From assembly GCA_046541415.1 (NCBI GenBank), contig JBKHDI010000023.1:1-44804 (forward strand): a stretch of 44,804 bases of DNA. Reading direction: 5' to 3'. Made by a program: the position numbers and the translations under genes. The stretch's first letter is position 1, and every line of letters starts with the position of its first letter. The notes beneath the pieces are model-generated. The model saw nothing but the letters and a program-made list of their open reading frames with translations, ran no database searches and had not been told where the DNA came from. The DNA is from Phycisphaerae bacterium (GTDB taxonomy: Bacteria > Planctomycetota > Phycisphaerae > SM23-33). This document shows, in pieces, positions 1-9,512 of this stretch.

Positions 1-42
1 GGGCCCGGGCACCGGTGGGAGGGAACACGAAGACTTGGCTTC

Positions 43-66
43 GCCGAGAGCAGGAGAGCAGGAGAG
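43..66. repeat. 3x tandem 8-bp purine-rich repeat (GAGAGCAG GAGAGCAG GAGAGCGG)
   Basis: Read directly at 43..66. It sits inside a strongly G-rich, C-poor stretch (about 1..250) that is atypical for the rest of the window. Confidence 0.6.
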
Positions 67-138
67 CGGAAAAGAGGGAATTGGTGAAATGTATGGGTGG
101 GGGGCCCGACTGAGGTGGTGGAAGTGGGTTGCATCGGC

Positions 139-162
139 TGATTGGTTGATTGGTTGATTGGC
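139..162. repeat. 3x tandem 8-bp repeat TGATTGGN (TGATTGGT TGATTGGT TGATTGGC)
   Basis: Read directly at 139..162, about 370 nt upstream of the first pspA start. Possible regulator-binding array or slippage-prone tract. Confidence 0.6.
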
Positions 163-530
163 GGGTGCGAGTGCAGGGCAGGTGCTCTGCCGGATGCGAT
201 GAGGCCTGGCTGGGGGTCGGGCCGTCGCGGTTATCCCGGAGGCCATGGGCGTCGGGAGCCTGAGAAAAGGAGAGACGATGGGACCTTGGGTTATGCAGCG
301 TGAGGCGGCTGGGGCGGATCTGTCGGCTGTCGTGGCTGATGGGTTGGGGCAGCGGCGGGGCGTTTTCATCGCGCAATATTCGGGGGGATTTCCGGAGAGG
401 CCCTGCTGTCGGCGGGGAGTAATCGGGACATGGGCGGGAGCGATTTCCTCGGATAGTTGGTTTCGTATTTCTGCAGATTCAAGTATGATCCGTGGGCCAT
501 TTTCTCAATCCTTCTAGGAGCGGCGGCAGG

Positions 531-1226
531 ATGGGGTCGATTCTGGGACATATCAACCGGGTTCTGAAGTCCAACGTGCGTTGGCTGATCGACAAGGCCG
601 GGGGTCCGGTCGTGGAGTGCGAGCACCGGATCGGGCAGATCGAGCAGGCGATCGAAGCCGGGCGGGCTGCGGCGTCGAACTACGCGGCGACGTACCACCG
701 CCTGGAGCGGAAGTCGCAGCAATACCGCCAGAGTCAAGATCGGCTGCTGGCCGAGGCGCGTGAGGCGCTTTGCGAGGGGCAGGAAGACCGGGCCCGGAAG
801 CTGGTTGTCAGGAAGGTGGAGTTGGAAGAGCGTATTGCTTCGTTGCAGCCGGGCATTCATCGCGGCCAGGAGGCGTATGAGCGTTTGTGCAGGTCGCTGG
901 GTGACCTGCAGAACCAGTTGATTCAGGCCCAGACTCGCCTGGCGGAGTTGAAGGATCGCAAGACGGCCGCGGAGGCGGAGATCGAATTCGACCGGGCTTT
1001 GGTCGGCAAGTCGTCTGGCGGGTTGGGCGAGGCCCTGGAGCCGTTGGAGGAGCAGGTCGAATCGGCCGAGTCCGAGGCTGAGGTCCGTCGGGACATGCGG
1101 GACGAAGAGGGTCTGGACCGGGCGCTGCGTCTGCAGAGCCGGGAGATGCAGGTCGAGGCGGAGCTGGAGTCGCTGCGTGACAGGCTTGACGGCGAACCCC
1201 GGTGGCGGGAGGTGGAAGATGATTGA
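531..1226 (+). CDS. pspA: PspA/IM30 (phage-shock protein A / Vipp1 / ESCRT-III superfamily) paralog 1
   Basis: N-terminus MGSILGHINRVLKSNVRWLIDKA matches the PspA N-terminal amphipathic helix. Long heptad coiled coil and acidic C-terminal tail. AGGAG 11 nt upstream of the ATG at 531. The listed ORF 492..1226 begins with GTG, so the internal ATG is preferred. Confidence 0.85.
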   Translation: MGSILGHINRVLKSNVRWLIDKAGGPVVECEHRIGQIEQAIEAGRAAASNYAATYHRLERKSQQYRQSQDRLLAEAREALCEGQEDRARKLVVRKVELEERIASLQPGIHRGQEAYERLCRSLGDLQNQLIQAQTRLAELKDRKTAAEAEIEFDRALVGKSSGGLGEALEPLEEQVESAESEAEVRRDMRDEEGLDRALRLQSREMQVEAELESLRDRLDGEPRWREVEDD

Positions 1227-1878
1227 GTTTTTCAGCTTTGCGTTCTCGGCCTCTGTGGCGTTGTTTTCGATCCTGACGGTGGTGCTGCTGATTTACTGGT
1301 CGGTGGTCGTGCTGGGGCTTGCGGGGACGGACCTGTTCGACATCGACCTGGACGTGGACGTGGATGTCGATGGGGAGGTGGATGCGACGGAGATTTCGTC
1401 TGTCGGCGGGCCGATGGAGGCGATGCTGACGTTCTTCTACGTCGGTCAGGTGCCGGTGATGATTTTGCTGAGCATTCTGATTTTCAGCAGCTGGATCGGG
1501 GCGATGCTGCTGAATTACGAGTACAACCACCCGGCCGACGATTTGCGGATGGGTCTGCTGCTGGCGGCTGCGTCGCTGGGCATCGGCCTGGCGGCGGTGA
1601 AGGTGGTGGGCTGGCCTCTGGGGAGGCTGTTTTCGGTTCTGAACGACGAGCACGGCGCGCGGAATCTGAAGTTGACGGGGCGGATGTGCAGCGTGCTGAG
1701 TACGGTGACGTCGGAACGGATGGGCCAGGCGGAGATTCGCGCCGGTGGCGCTCCGATCGTGATATCCGTGCTGAGCGAAGGGGAGGTGGCCTTTCATCGC
1801 GGGGATGAGGCGTTGGTGTTCGATCATGACAAGAACAGGAACGTGTACCTGATAGCACCTGTAGAATTGGAGAGATAG
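1219..1878 (+). CDS. YqiJ/NfeD-like membrane protein (N-terminal TM helices plus C-terminal OB-fold-like beta domain), flotillin partner
   Basis: Hydrophobic N-terminal half with at least 3 predicted TM segments and an acidic DxD repeat loop. C-terminal beta-rich segment typical of NfeD/YqiJ. Start ATGATTGA overlaps the pspA stop. Sits immediately upstream of the flotillin gene, as in the yqiJ-yqiK and nfeD-floT arrangements. Confidence 0.55.
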   Translation: MIEFFSFAFSASVALFSILTVVLLIYWSVVVLGLAGTDLFDIDLDVDVDVDGEVDATEISSVGGPMEAMLTFFYVGQVPVMILLSILIFSSWIGAMLLNYEYNHPADDLRMGLLLAAASLGIGLAAVKVVGWPLGRLFSVLNDEHGARNLKLTGRMCSVLSTVTSERMGQAEIRAGGAPIVISVLSEGEVAFHRGDEALVFDHDKNRNVYLIAPVELER

Positions 1879-1881
1879 AAG

Positions 1882-3876
1882 ATGAACGTGTTAGCAGCGC
1901 CGGTGCAGACCGGAGTGATCATTGCGGGCATCGCCTTCGGCGTGCTGGTGCTCCTGGCGATTTACGTCGCCATCAAGTGTTTCCACAAGGTCTCCCAGGG
2001 CGAAACGTTGATCCGCAACGGCATGGGGGGCTCGAAGGTGACGTTTTCGGGGATGGTGGTCTGGCCGGTGATTCACCGGGCCGAGTACATGGACATCTCG
2101 GTCAAGCGGATCAGCATCATGCGGCGTGGGGATACGGGCCTGGTCTGTCACGACAACATCCGGGCCGATATTGAAGTGTCGTTTTTTGTTCGCGTCAACA
2201 ATACCTCCGAGGACGTCATGTCTGTCGCCCAGGCCCTTGGCTGCAAGCGGGCCAGCGATGAGAACTCGCTGCACGACCTGTTCGACTCGAAGTTTTCCGA
2301 GGCGCTCAAGACGGTAGGCAAGCGGTTCGAGTTCATTGAACTTTATACCGGGCGGGACAAGTTCAAGGAGGAGATCCTGCAGGTCATCGGTCGCGACCTG
2401 AACGGGTACGTCCTGGAAGACGCGGCGATCGACTATCTCGAGCAGACCGACAAGAAGCTGCTGAACCCGGACAATATCCTCGATGCCGAGGGCATCAAGA
2501 AGATCACGGTCATCACGGCCAAGGAGTTCGAGTTCGCCAACGCCCGGGAACGTGAGAAAGACAAGACGATCACGCAGCAGAACGTCGAGGCCCAGGAGGC
2601 GATCCTGGAGCTGAACAAGCAACTGGCCGAGGCCGAGGCAAAGCAGAAGCGGGAGATCGCGACGATCCAGGCCCGCGAGACGGCCGAGACCAAGAGCGTC
2701 GAGGCCCAGGAAAGCGAGCGGCAGGAGAAGGCGCGGATCGCGGCCGAAGAGCAGATCCAGGTTGCCGACGAGAACAAGCAGCGGCAGATTATCGTCGCTG
2801 CCCGGGCCAAGGAGCGGACGGACAAGGTCGAGACCGAGCGTGTCGAGAAGGACCGCGAGCTGGAACACGTCGAACGGACGCGCGTGGTGAGCCTGGCGGA
2901 CCTGGACAAGGACAAGGCCGTCGAGGGCCAGAAGCGCGAACTGCAATCGGTGATCCGCGACCGCGTCGAGGCGGAGAAAGCGGTCGTCGCCGAGGAAGAG
3001 AACATCAAGAACACGCGTGAGTTCGCCACGGCGGATCGTAGCAAGCGTGTGAAGATCACCAAGGCTGAGGAAGAAGCCGAGCAGGCCCTGGTCAAGGACA
3101 TCAAGGAAGCCGAGGCGGCCAAGCGTGCGGCCGAGCAGTACGCCGAGAAGAAGCTCATCGACGCCGACGCCGAGCAGAAGGCGGCGGACAAGAACGCCGC
3201 GGCGATCAAGACGATGGCCGAGGCGCACGTGAAGGAACGTGCGGTCGACGGCGTGGCCGAGGCGCAGGTGATGGAAGCCAAGGCGTCTGCGACTCGCAAG
3301 CAGGGCGAGGCCGAGGCGGACGTGATGAAGCTGAAGTACACGGCCGAGGCGGAGGGCATTACCGAGAAGGCCGATGCGATGAAGAAGTTCCACGAGGCCG
3401 GCCAGAGCCACGAGGAGTTCAAGCTGGCCCTGGACAAGGACCTGCAGGTGGAGATGGCCGAGATCGAGGCCCGCAAGAAGATCGCCGCCGAGCAGGCGGG
3501 CCTGGTCCGCGAGGGTCTCAAGCAGTCGAAGATCGACATCATCGGCGGGGAGAACCGCTTCTTCGAGCGTCTGGTCAACTCGGTGACGCTGGGCAAGCAG
3601 TTCGACCGCGTGCTGGATCACTCCGATACGCTCTCGGAGCTGCGAGACGCGTTTATCGGCGGCAACGGCCAACAGGCGGCCCAGAAGCTCAAGGACTACA
3701 TCGCCAAGTTCGATCTGTCCAGCGAGGACGTGAAGAACCTGACGATCTCGACGCTGATGATCAAGCTGATCGGCATGAGCGACGGGCGCGAGAAGAACAC
3801 GCTCCAGAAGCTCTTCGGGACCGTCAGGGACATGGGAATGGGCAACCGCCCGGTCAGCGAGCTGGGCCTGGAGTAA
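1882..3876 (+). CDS. SPFH/band-7 flotillin-like protein (YqiK/FloT-like) with long Glu/Ala/Lys-rich coiled-coil C-terminal extension
   Basis: N-terminal TM helix, SPFH-domain motifs, then about 350 aa of EA/KR-rich heptad repeats. GGAGAG RBS 8 nt upstream. Only a 3-nt gap after the preceding gene. Confidence 0.85.
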   Translation: MNVLAAPVQTGVIIAGIAFGVLVLLAIYVAIKCFHKVSQGETLIRNGMGGSKVTFSGMVVWPVIHRAEYMDISVKRISIMRRGDTGLVCHDNIRADIEVSFFVRVNNTSEDVMSVAQALGCKRASDENSLHDLFDSKFSEALKTVGKRFEFIELYTGRDKFKEEILQVIGRDLNGYVLEDAAIDYLEQTDKKLLNPDNILDAEGIKKITVITAKEFEFANAREREKDKTITQQNVEAQEAILELNKQLAEAEAKQKREIATIQARETAETKSVEAQESERQEKARIAAEEQIQVADENKQRQIIVAARAKERTDKVETERVEKDRELEHVERTRVVSLADLDKDKAVEGQKRELQSVIRDRVEAEKAVVAEEENIKNTREFATADRSKRVKITKAEEEAEQALVKDIKEAEAAKRAAEQYAEKKLIDADAEQKAADKNAAAIKTMAEAHVKERAVDGVAEAQVMEAKASATRKQGEAEADVMKLKYTAEAEGITEKADAMKKFHEAGQSHEEFKLALDKDLQVEMAEIEARKKIAAEQAGLVREGLKQSKIDIIGGENRFFERLVNSVTLGKQFDRVLDHSDTLSELRDAFIGGNGQQAAQKLKDYIAKFDLSSEDVKNLTISTLMIKLIGMSDGREKNTLQKLFGTVRDMGMGNRPVSELGLE

Positions 3877-3983
3877 GTCGGCCGGCTAGCGCGGATCAGA
3901 CCTGATTTTCCACATCGAGGCAGCAATGTCTTCCCGGCGGGTCGGCCGGATCGACCCGCCGGGGAGAATCCCACGAGGGCCCT

Positions 3984-6900
3984 ATGTCCGAAGAACAAGC
4001 ACAGCAAGTCCAGCAGCGTCCGGGCGACGGGCAGGAACCCGCCGAAGGGCGGGCCTCCGCACAGTTGGCCGGCGGGACGTACGAGATCCTGCGAAACCGC
4101 CTCCAGGCCCACGCGTCCGAACTGCGAAAGAGGCTGGATACACTCAACGCCGAGCGCAAGGACGTCTTCGGCGCCATTGACTTCCAGCTGCTCGGCTCGC
4201 AGCGCATCCTGACCGACAACAACTGCGTGCCGCGGGACATGGTCGCCCTGGGCGACCGCCTGCTGTTCGGCTACAACGTGTTCATCGGGCTGCGGACCGA
4301 GACGCGGCTGGACGATGTCTTCGCCGTCTACCAGATCGGCGAGGAGAAGATCGTCCGGGAGGATCTGGGCATCCTGCAGGACGAGCGGTTCGTCAAGGAC
4401 TTCCAGAACCTCTACAAGTATTATCGCGAGACGCGTTTCGCGAAGTTCGCGCGGATCGGGCCGAACCTGTTCATGGTCTTCCGGGTGGGCAAGAGCCCCA
4501 CGGACGTCAAGACCTTCAAGTGGGTCGCCGCCCCGGACGGCAGCCTGCAGTACATCGACAATCGCAGCGACCACGAGTACCGCTTCCCGCCGCAGCACCA
4601 GTTCGAGTGGAAGCACGTGACGCTCGACATGCACCGGACCGGGCGTCACCCGCATATCAGCATCGAGGACCGCGTCTTCGTCGAGACCGTCGGCGGGGAC
4701 CTGACGATCAAGATCGAGGACAACACCGAGACGGGGGAGGGCATCTACTCCGAACCGGTGGACAACCCCGACCAGACGCTCGACGACGCCGACATCTCCT
4801 ACGCCTGCGTGGGCAACGTGATCCTCCTGCGGGTCAAACCCTACCAGGAACAGCAGCATCGCTATTATGTCTACAACGAGAAGGTCCAGGAAGCCATGCG
4901 GATCGACGCGATAGCCGAGTCTTGCGTGCTGCTGCCGGAAGACCACGGCCTGATCTTCCCCAAGGGCTACTACCTGCAGACCGGCGAGAAGAAGCTCTTC
5001 GAACTGGACACCAGCGACCTGCTGTTCGAGAAGCGCCTGGCTGCGCCCAACGGCGAGGATTACCTCTACATCTTCTTCAACCGCGAGACCGGCACGTACG
5101 TGCTGCTGTCGTACAACATCATCGAGCAGCAGGTCGCCACCCCGACGGTCTGCCACGGGTACTGCTTCTTCCATGACGGGCAGCTGATCTACTTCCGGGC
5201 CGACTCCGAACCACAGAAGACCCATGCCCTGCAGATCTGGCAGACGCCATACTGCGACCCGGACTACAAGGCCCCCGTCCAGACCGACTCGTTTTTGTAC
5301 AAGGTGGGCAATCGCGAGCTGGTTCGCTGCATGGCCGAGTGCAACGAACTGCTGGGCCTGCTGGGCAAGGAGGAACGCTACGCCAACCTCTATGTCGACC
5401 TGGCCAAGCGCAGCGGCGACCTGCTGGACACGTTCTTCTGGATCAACGACGAAAAGGCGGGCAACCTGGGCCAGCCGCTGGAACAGATCCGCCAGGCCGC
5501 CCAGGCCGCCATCGAAGAGTTCGAGAAAGTCGTCCGCGCCCGCCAGAACACCGCCAGGCGCACCGGGGAGGTGGTCTCCGCTGTCGAGAAGCTCCAGGAA
5601 GAGATCAGCCTGGCCAGCCTGGACAACATCGACACCTTCGTGCAACTGCTGGGCCGGCTGCGGTCGATCCGCGGGGAGATCATCTCCCTGGGCGAGCTTC
5701 GCTACGTCGACGAGCAGCGCGTCGAGCAGCTCGAAGAAACGGTCGTCGAGGCGACCGAGAATCTCTCGGGCCAATGCGTCCAGTTCCTGCTGCGCCCCGA
5801 CGCGCTGGACGCTTACTGCCAGCGGGTGGCCCAGCAGGCCGAGCAGGTCGAGCAGCAGGATACGGTCGTCCAGGCCCGCAAGCTCCAGGAGCAGGTCGCC
5901 CAGACCGGCGACGACCTGGAGATGCTCACCGAGATCGTCTCGAACCTCAAGATCGAGGACGCCACGCAGACCACGCGGATCATCGACTCGATCTCGCTGG
6001 TCTACTCCGAGCTGAACCGCGTTCGCAGCGCCGTCAAGAACCGCATCCAGCACCTGGCCGGGATCGAGGGCAAGGCGGAGTTCGCCTCGCAGATGAAGCT
6101 GATCGACCAGTCTGCAGCCAACTTCCTGGACCTCTGCGACACGCCGGAATCCTGCGACGATTACCTCGGGCGGGTCATGGCCCAGCTGGAGTCGCTGGAG
6201 AGCCGCTTCGCCGACTTCGAGGAGTTCATCGTCCGCCTGGCCGAGAAACGCGAGGAGCTCTACAACGGCTTCGAGTCTCGCAAGGTCCAGCTGGTCGAGG
6301 CGCGGAACCGGCGGGCGTCGGCCCTGGCCGAGGCGGGCAAGCGGGTGCTGAAAGGCATAGCCAATCGCGTCGAACAGCTCGAATCGATCAACGAGATCAA
6401 CGCCTACTTCGCCGGCGACATGATGATCGAGCGGATCCGCGAGACCATCCGCCAGCTGGAACAGATCGGCGACACCGTCAAGGCCGAGGACATCCGCAGC
6501 CAGCTCAAGGCGATCCAGCAGGATTCGGTCCGCCAGCTCAAAGACCGCAAGGGCTTGTACGAGGACGGCGAGAACGTCATCCGCCTCGGCGAGCACCGCT
6601 TCGCGGTCAACCGCCAGAACCTGGAGCTGACGATGCTCCAGCGGGACGGGCGAATGTTCTATCACCTGACCGGCACGGGCTTCTTTCATCCGGTATCCGA
6701 ACCGGAAATCCAGCAGATGCAGGACGTCTGGAACATGGAGGTGCTCAGCGAGTCGCCCGAGATCTACCGCTCGGAGTACCTGGCCTGGCAGATGCTCGAA
6801 CAACTCAAGGCCCAGGGCGATGGGCAGCTGGAGGCGGCCTCCCTGGCCCCGCTGGAAGAGTTGATCCCGAAGGTTTCGGCCTTTATGGCCCCGCGGTACG

Positions 6901-9482
6901 CAGAGGGGTACGTCAAGGGCGTCCACGACCACGACGCGGCCAAGATCCTCCAGGCGCTGATCGGCCTGGAGGCGACGGTCGGGCTGCTGCGCTTCGGGAC
7001 CCAGGCCCGCGCCCTGGCCCGCGTGTTCTGGATGCTCGTCGGCGGCGAGGACAAGGCCGTCGCCCTGGCCGCGCAGATCGCAGGCATCGGCCGGGCGCGG
7101 AGACTTTTTACCGCAGCCAGGCCCGAAAGGCCCTACGTGGCCCGCCTGGTCGGGCTGATCGACGAATTCGTCCAGGCCAACAGCGAACTGTTCGAAGCAC
7201 GGTGGGTCGCAGCGGCCGCCGAGTATCTCTTCGAAGAAATCGCCGCGGGAGGCAAGATGATCGCCTCGACTGCAGCGCTGGATCTGATCGACAGTTTCCA
7301 GAGCCACCTGGCAGACCACCAGGCGACCGAGGACTTCGAGCAGGGCCTCCGCACATTCGCCGATCAGCCCCTGTTGCGGTTCTGCATCAGCCGCGACTGG
7401 CTGCGTTCGTACCTGACGGAAGTCGAAGACGAGACCCAGGCCGAGTATGCCGACGAGGCCGCCGCCCTGCTGGCCGATAACGCCGACAACCGCCAGGGCG
7501 TCCACGCCGAGATCACCCGCACCCTCGAAGGCCTGGCCGGGTCGCACCGGAAGATCCGGCAGGGCACCTGCCAACTGAACTACTGTCACCTGGCCGCCGA
7601 CCTGGCCGAGCACAACCAGCAGGTCGCCCCGCGTTTCCAGGCCTGGCAGCAGCTGCGCAAGAGCTGTCTCGAACGCTTCGCCGACAACCTGCGCCTGGAC
7701 GAATTCCGCCCGCGCGTCCTGACGACGTTCGTCCGCAACAAGTTGATCGATCGCGTCTACCTGCCCCTGCTGGGCGACAACCTGGCCAAGCAGATCGGCA
7801 CTTCCGGTGCGTCCAAGCGGACCGACCGCCAGGGCCTGCTGCTGCTGATCAGCCCGCCGGGGTACGGCAAGACGACGCTGATGGAATACATCGCCAACCG
7901 CCTGGGGCTGATCTTCATGAAGATCAACGGACCCGCCCTGGGCCACCAGGTCACTTCGCTGGACCCGGCCGAGGCGACCAACGCCGCCGCCCGCGAGGAG
8001 GTCGAGAAGCTCAACCTCGCCCTGGAGATGGGCGACAACGTGATGATCTACGTCGACGACATCCAGCACTGCAACCCGGAGCTGCTGCAGAAGTTCATCA
8101 GCCTCTGCGACGCCCAGCGGCGGATGGAAGGCGTCTTCGCGGGCAAGACGCGGACGTACGACCTGCGCGGCAAACGCGTCTGCGTGGTCATGGCGGGCAA
8201 CCCGTATACCGAGAGCGGCGAGAAGTTCCGCATCCCGGACATGCTGGCCAACCGGGCCGATACCTACAACATCGGCGACATCGTCGGCGATACCTACGAC
8301 GAGTTCGTTGCCAGCTACGTCGAGAACTGCCTGACCAGCAACCCGGTGCTCTCGACGCTGGCCAACCGCAGCCAGGACGATGTCTACGCCGTGATGCAAC
8401 TGGCCGAGACAGACAGCCGGGAGGGCATCGAGTTCGAGGGCAACTACAGCCCCGACGAGATCAACGACTTCGTCGCGGCGATGAAGAAGCTCTACGTCGT
8501 CCGCGACGTGGTGCTGAAGGTCAACCAGCAGTACATCGCCTCGGCTGCCCAGTCCGACGCCTATCGCAACGAGCCGCCGTTCCTGCTCCAGGGCTCGTAC
8601 CGGAACATGAACCGCATAGCCGCCCGCGTCCTGCCGGTGATGAACGACCAGGAGCTCTGGACGCTGATCCACTCGACCTACCAGCAGGACGCCCAGACGC
8701 TGACCAGCGGGACCGAGGCGAACATGCTGAAGTTTATGGAGCTGATCGGGCGGCTGGATGAGAAGCAACGGGCCCGCTGGGACGAGATCCGCCGGACTTA
8801 CCGGCAGAACCGCATCCTGGGCGACTCGGATGACAAGCTCGACCAGGCGGTCCGCCAGCTGGGCGTCTTCGGCGGCAACCTCGAAGCGATTCGCGAGGCC
8901 ATCCGCGACGGCGTGGGACAACTGGCGGCAGAAAGGGCATCCGAGGCGGAGCAGGGGCCGGCCGAGCAGCTCGCCCAGGCCGTCGGCGCCAACTTCAGCC
9001 AGGTCGGCCGGCAACTCGATGCGATCCGCCAGGTCCTGGAAACTGCCGCCGACCGCACCGACCCCGGCGGTTCGATCCGCCAGGATCTCCAGCAGGCGGT
9101 CTCGACCGTCGAGCAGCGACTCGGGCAGGTCGTCCAGCTGCTTTCGCAGCAGAACGACGGCCGCGCCGACGCCCTGGCTGAATCGATCCAGAAGAAGGCA
9201 GATACCCTGACTTCGGTTCTGGAAGAGCAGTTCCGGACGATGGAAGTCTGGCTGCGCCCGGTGGCCCGCTCGGAGAAGGGGCGCGTGGAGTATGTCCAGG
9301 ACCTGATCGACCGCTTCCAGGAGATGATCGACGGCTACAGCCACCTCGTCGAGGTCCTCCAGGCCAACGCCGCCGCCAACGACGAGATGCACACGCTGCC
9401 CGAGAAGTCACGCGACCAGGCTGCGGGGCGAAAGAAACAGGACGCAGCGGCCGAGAGAAAACCGCCGAAGAAGAAAAGCTAG
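3984..9482 (+). CDS. Giant (1832 aa) protein with C-terminal-third AAA+ ATPase domain (MoxR/AAA_5-like clade); N-terminal beta-rich region and extensive coiled coils
   Basis: Single uninterrupted ORF. Walker A LLLISPPGYGKTTLMEY (nt about 7855-7878), Walker B VMIYVDDIQH (about 8041-8067), sensor-1 VCVVMAGNP (about 8185-8212) and a candidate Arg finger ANRAD. Long Q/E/R-rich heptad segments flank the ATPase. Homologs of this size are often annotated 'DNA repair ATPase', but I cannot verify a family assignment here. Confidence 0.8.
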   Translation: MSEEQAQQVQQRPGDGQEPAEGRASAQLAGGTYEILRNRLQAHASELRKRLDTLNAERKDVFGAIDFQLLGSQRILTDNNCVPRDMVALGDRLLFGYNVFIGLRTETRLDDVFAVYQIGEEKIVREDLGILQDERFVKDFQNLYKYYRETRFAKFARIGPNLFMVFRVGKSPTDVKTFKWVAAPDGSLQYIDNRSDHEYRFPPQHQFEWKHVTLDMHRTGRHPHISIEDRVFVETVGGDLTIKIEDNTETGEGIYSEPVDNPDQTLDDADISYACVGNVILLRVKPYQEQQHRYYVYNEKVQEAMRIDAIAESCVLLPEDHGLIFPKGYYLQTGEKKLFELDTSDLLFEKRLAAPNGEDYLYIFFNRETGTYVLLSYNIIEQQVATPTVCHGYCFFHDGQLIYFRADSEPQKTHALQIWQTPYCDPDYKAPVQTDSFLYKVGNRELVRCMAECNELLGLLGKEERYANLYVDLAKRSGDLLDTFFWINDEKAGNLGQPLEQIRQAAQAAIEEFEKVVRARQNTARRTGEVVSAVEKLQEEISLASLDNIDTFVQLLGRLRSIRGEIISLGELRYVDEQRVEQLEETVVEATENLSGQCVQFLLRPDALDAYCQRVAQQAEQVEQQDTVVQARKLQEQVAQTGDDLEMLTEIVSNLKIEDATQTTRIIDSISLVYSELNRVRSAVKNRIQHLAGIEGKAEFASQMKLIDQSAANFLDLCDTPESCDDYLGRVMAQLESLESRFADFEEFIVRLAEKREELYNGFESRKVQLVEARNRRASALAEAGKRVLKGIANRVEQLESINEINAYFAGDMMIERIRETIRQLEQIGDTVKAEDIRSQLKAIQQDSVRQLKDRKGLYEDGENVIRLGEHRFAVNRQNLELTMLQRDGRMFYHLTGTGFFHPVSEPEIQQMQDVWNMEVLSESPEIYRSEYLAWQMLEQLKAQGDGQLEAASLAPLEELIPKVSAFMAPRYAEGYVKGVHDHDAAKILQALIGLEATVGLLRFGTQARALARVFWMLVGGEDKAVALAAQIAGIGRARRLFTAARPERPYVARLVGLIDEFVQANSELFEARWVAAAAEYLFEEIAAGGKMIASTAALDLIDSFQSHLADHQATEDFEQGLRTFADQPLLRFCISRDWLRSYLTEVEDETQAEYADEAAALLADNADNRQGVHAEITRTLEGLAGSHRKIRQGTCQLNYCHLAADLAEHNQQVAPRFQAWQQLRKSCLERFADNLRLDEFRPRVLTTFVRNKLIDRVYLPLLGDNLAKQIGTSGASKRTDRQGLLLLISPPGYGKTTLMEYIANRLGLIFMKINGPALGHQVTSLDPAEATNAAAREEVEKLNLALEMGDNVMIYVDDIQHCNPELLQKFISLCDAQRRMEGVFAGKTRTYDLRGKRVCVVMAGNPYTESGEKFRIPDMLANRADTYNIGDIVGDTYDEFVASYVENCLTSNPVLSTLANRSQDDVYAVMQLAETDSREGIEFEGNYSPDEINDFVAAMKKLYVVRDVVLKVNQQYIASAAQSDAYRNEPPFLLQGSYRNMNRIAARVLPVMNDQELWTLIHSTYQQDAQTLTSGTEANMLKFMELIGRLDEKQRARWDEIRRTYRQNRILGDSDDKLDQAVRQLGVFGGNLEAIREAIRDGVGQLAAERASEAEQGPAEQLAQAVGANFSQVGRQLDAIRQVLETAADRTDPGGSIRQDLQQAVSTVEQRLGQVVQLLSQQNDGRADALAESIQKKADTLTSVLEEQFRTMEVWLRPVARSEKGRVEYVQDLIDRFQEMIDGYSHLVEVLQANAAANDEMHTLPEKSRDQAAGRKKQDAAAERKPPKKKS

Positions 9483-9512
9483 CCTTCATCCACCCGCTCG
9501 GGGACCCAAGCC

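Noticed and set aside
245-517. 90-aa plus-strand ORF in the upstream G-rich region
   Set aside because: No RBS and no family features. The composition is driven by the G-rich repeats. The region is more plausibly regulatory or UTR.
1891-3672. 593-aa minus-strand ORF, and the Ser/Ala-rich 387-aa ORF 2433..3596, both antisense to the flotillin gene
   Set aside because: Mirror images of the EA/KR-rich coiled-coil coding region (antisense gives L/S/A runs). The SPFH motifs are on the plus strand.
3696-9392. 1898-aa ORF on the minus strand antisense to the giant ATPase gene
   Set aside because: High-GC antisense artefact. The translation is low-complexity (L/G/R/D/V-rich) with no motifs. The plus-strand ORF has clear AAA+ motifs and coherent operon context.
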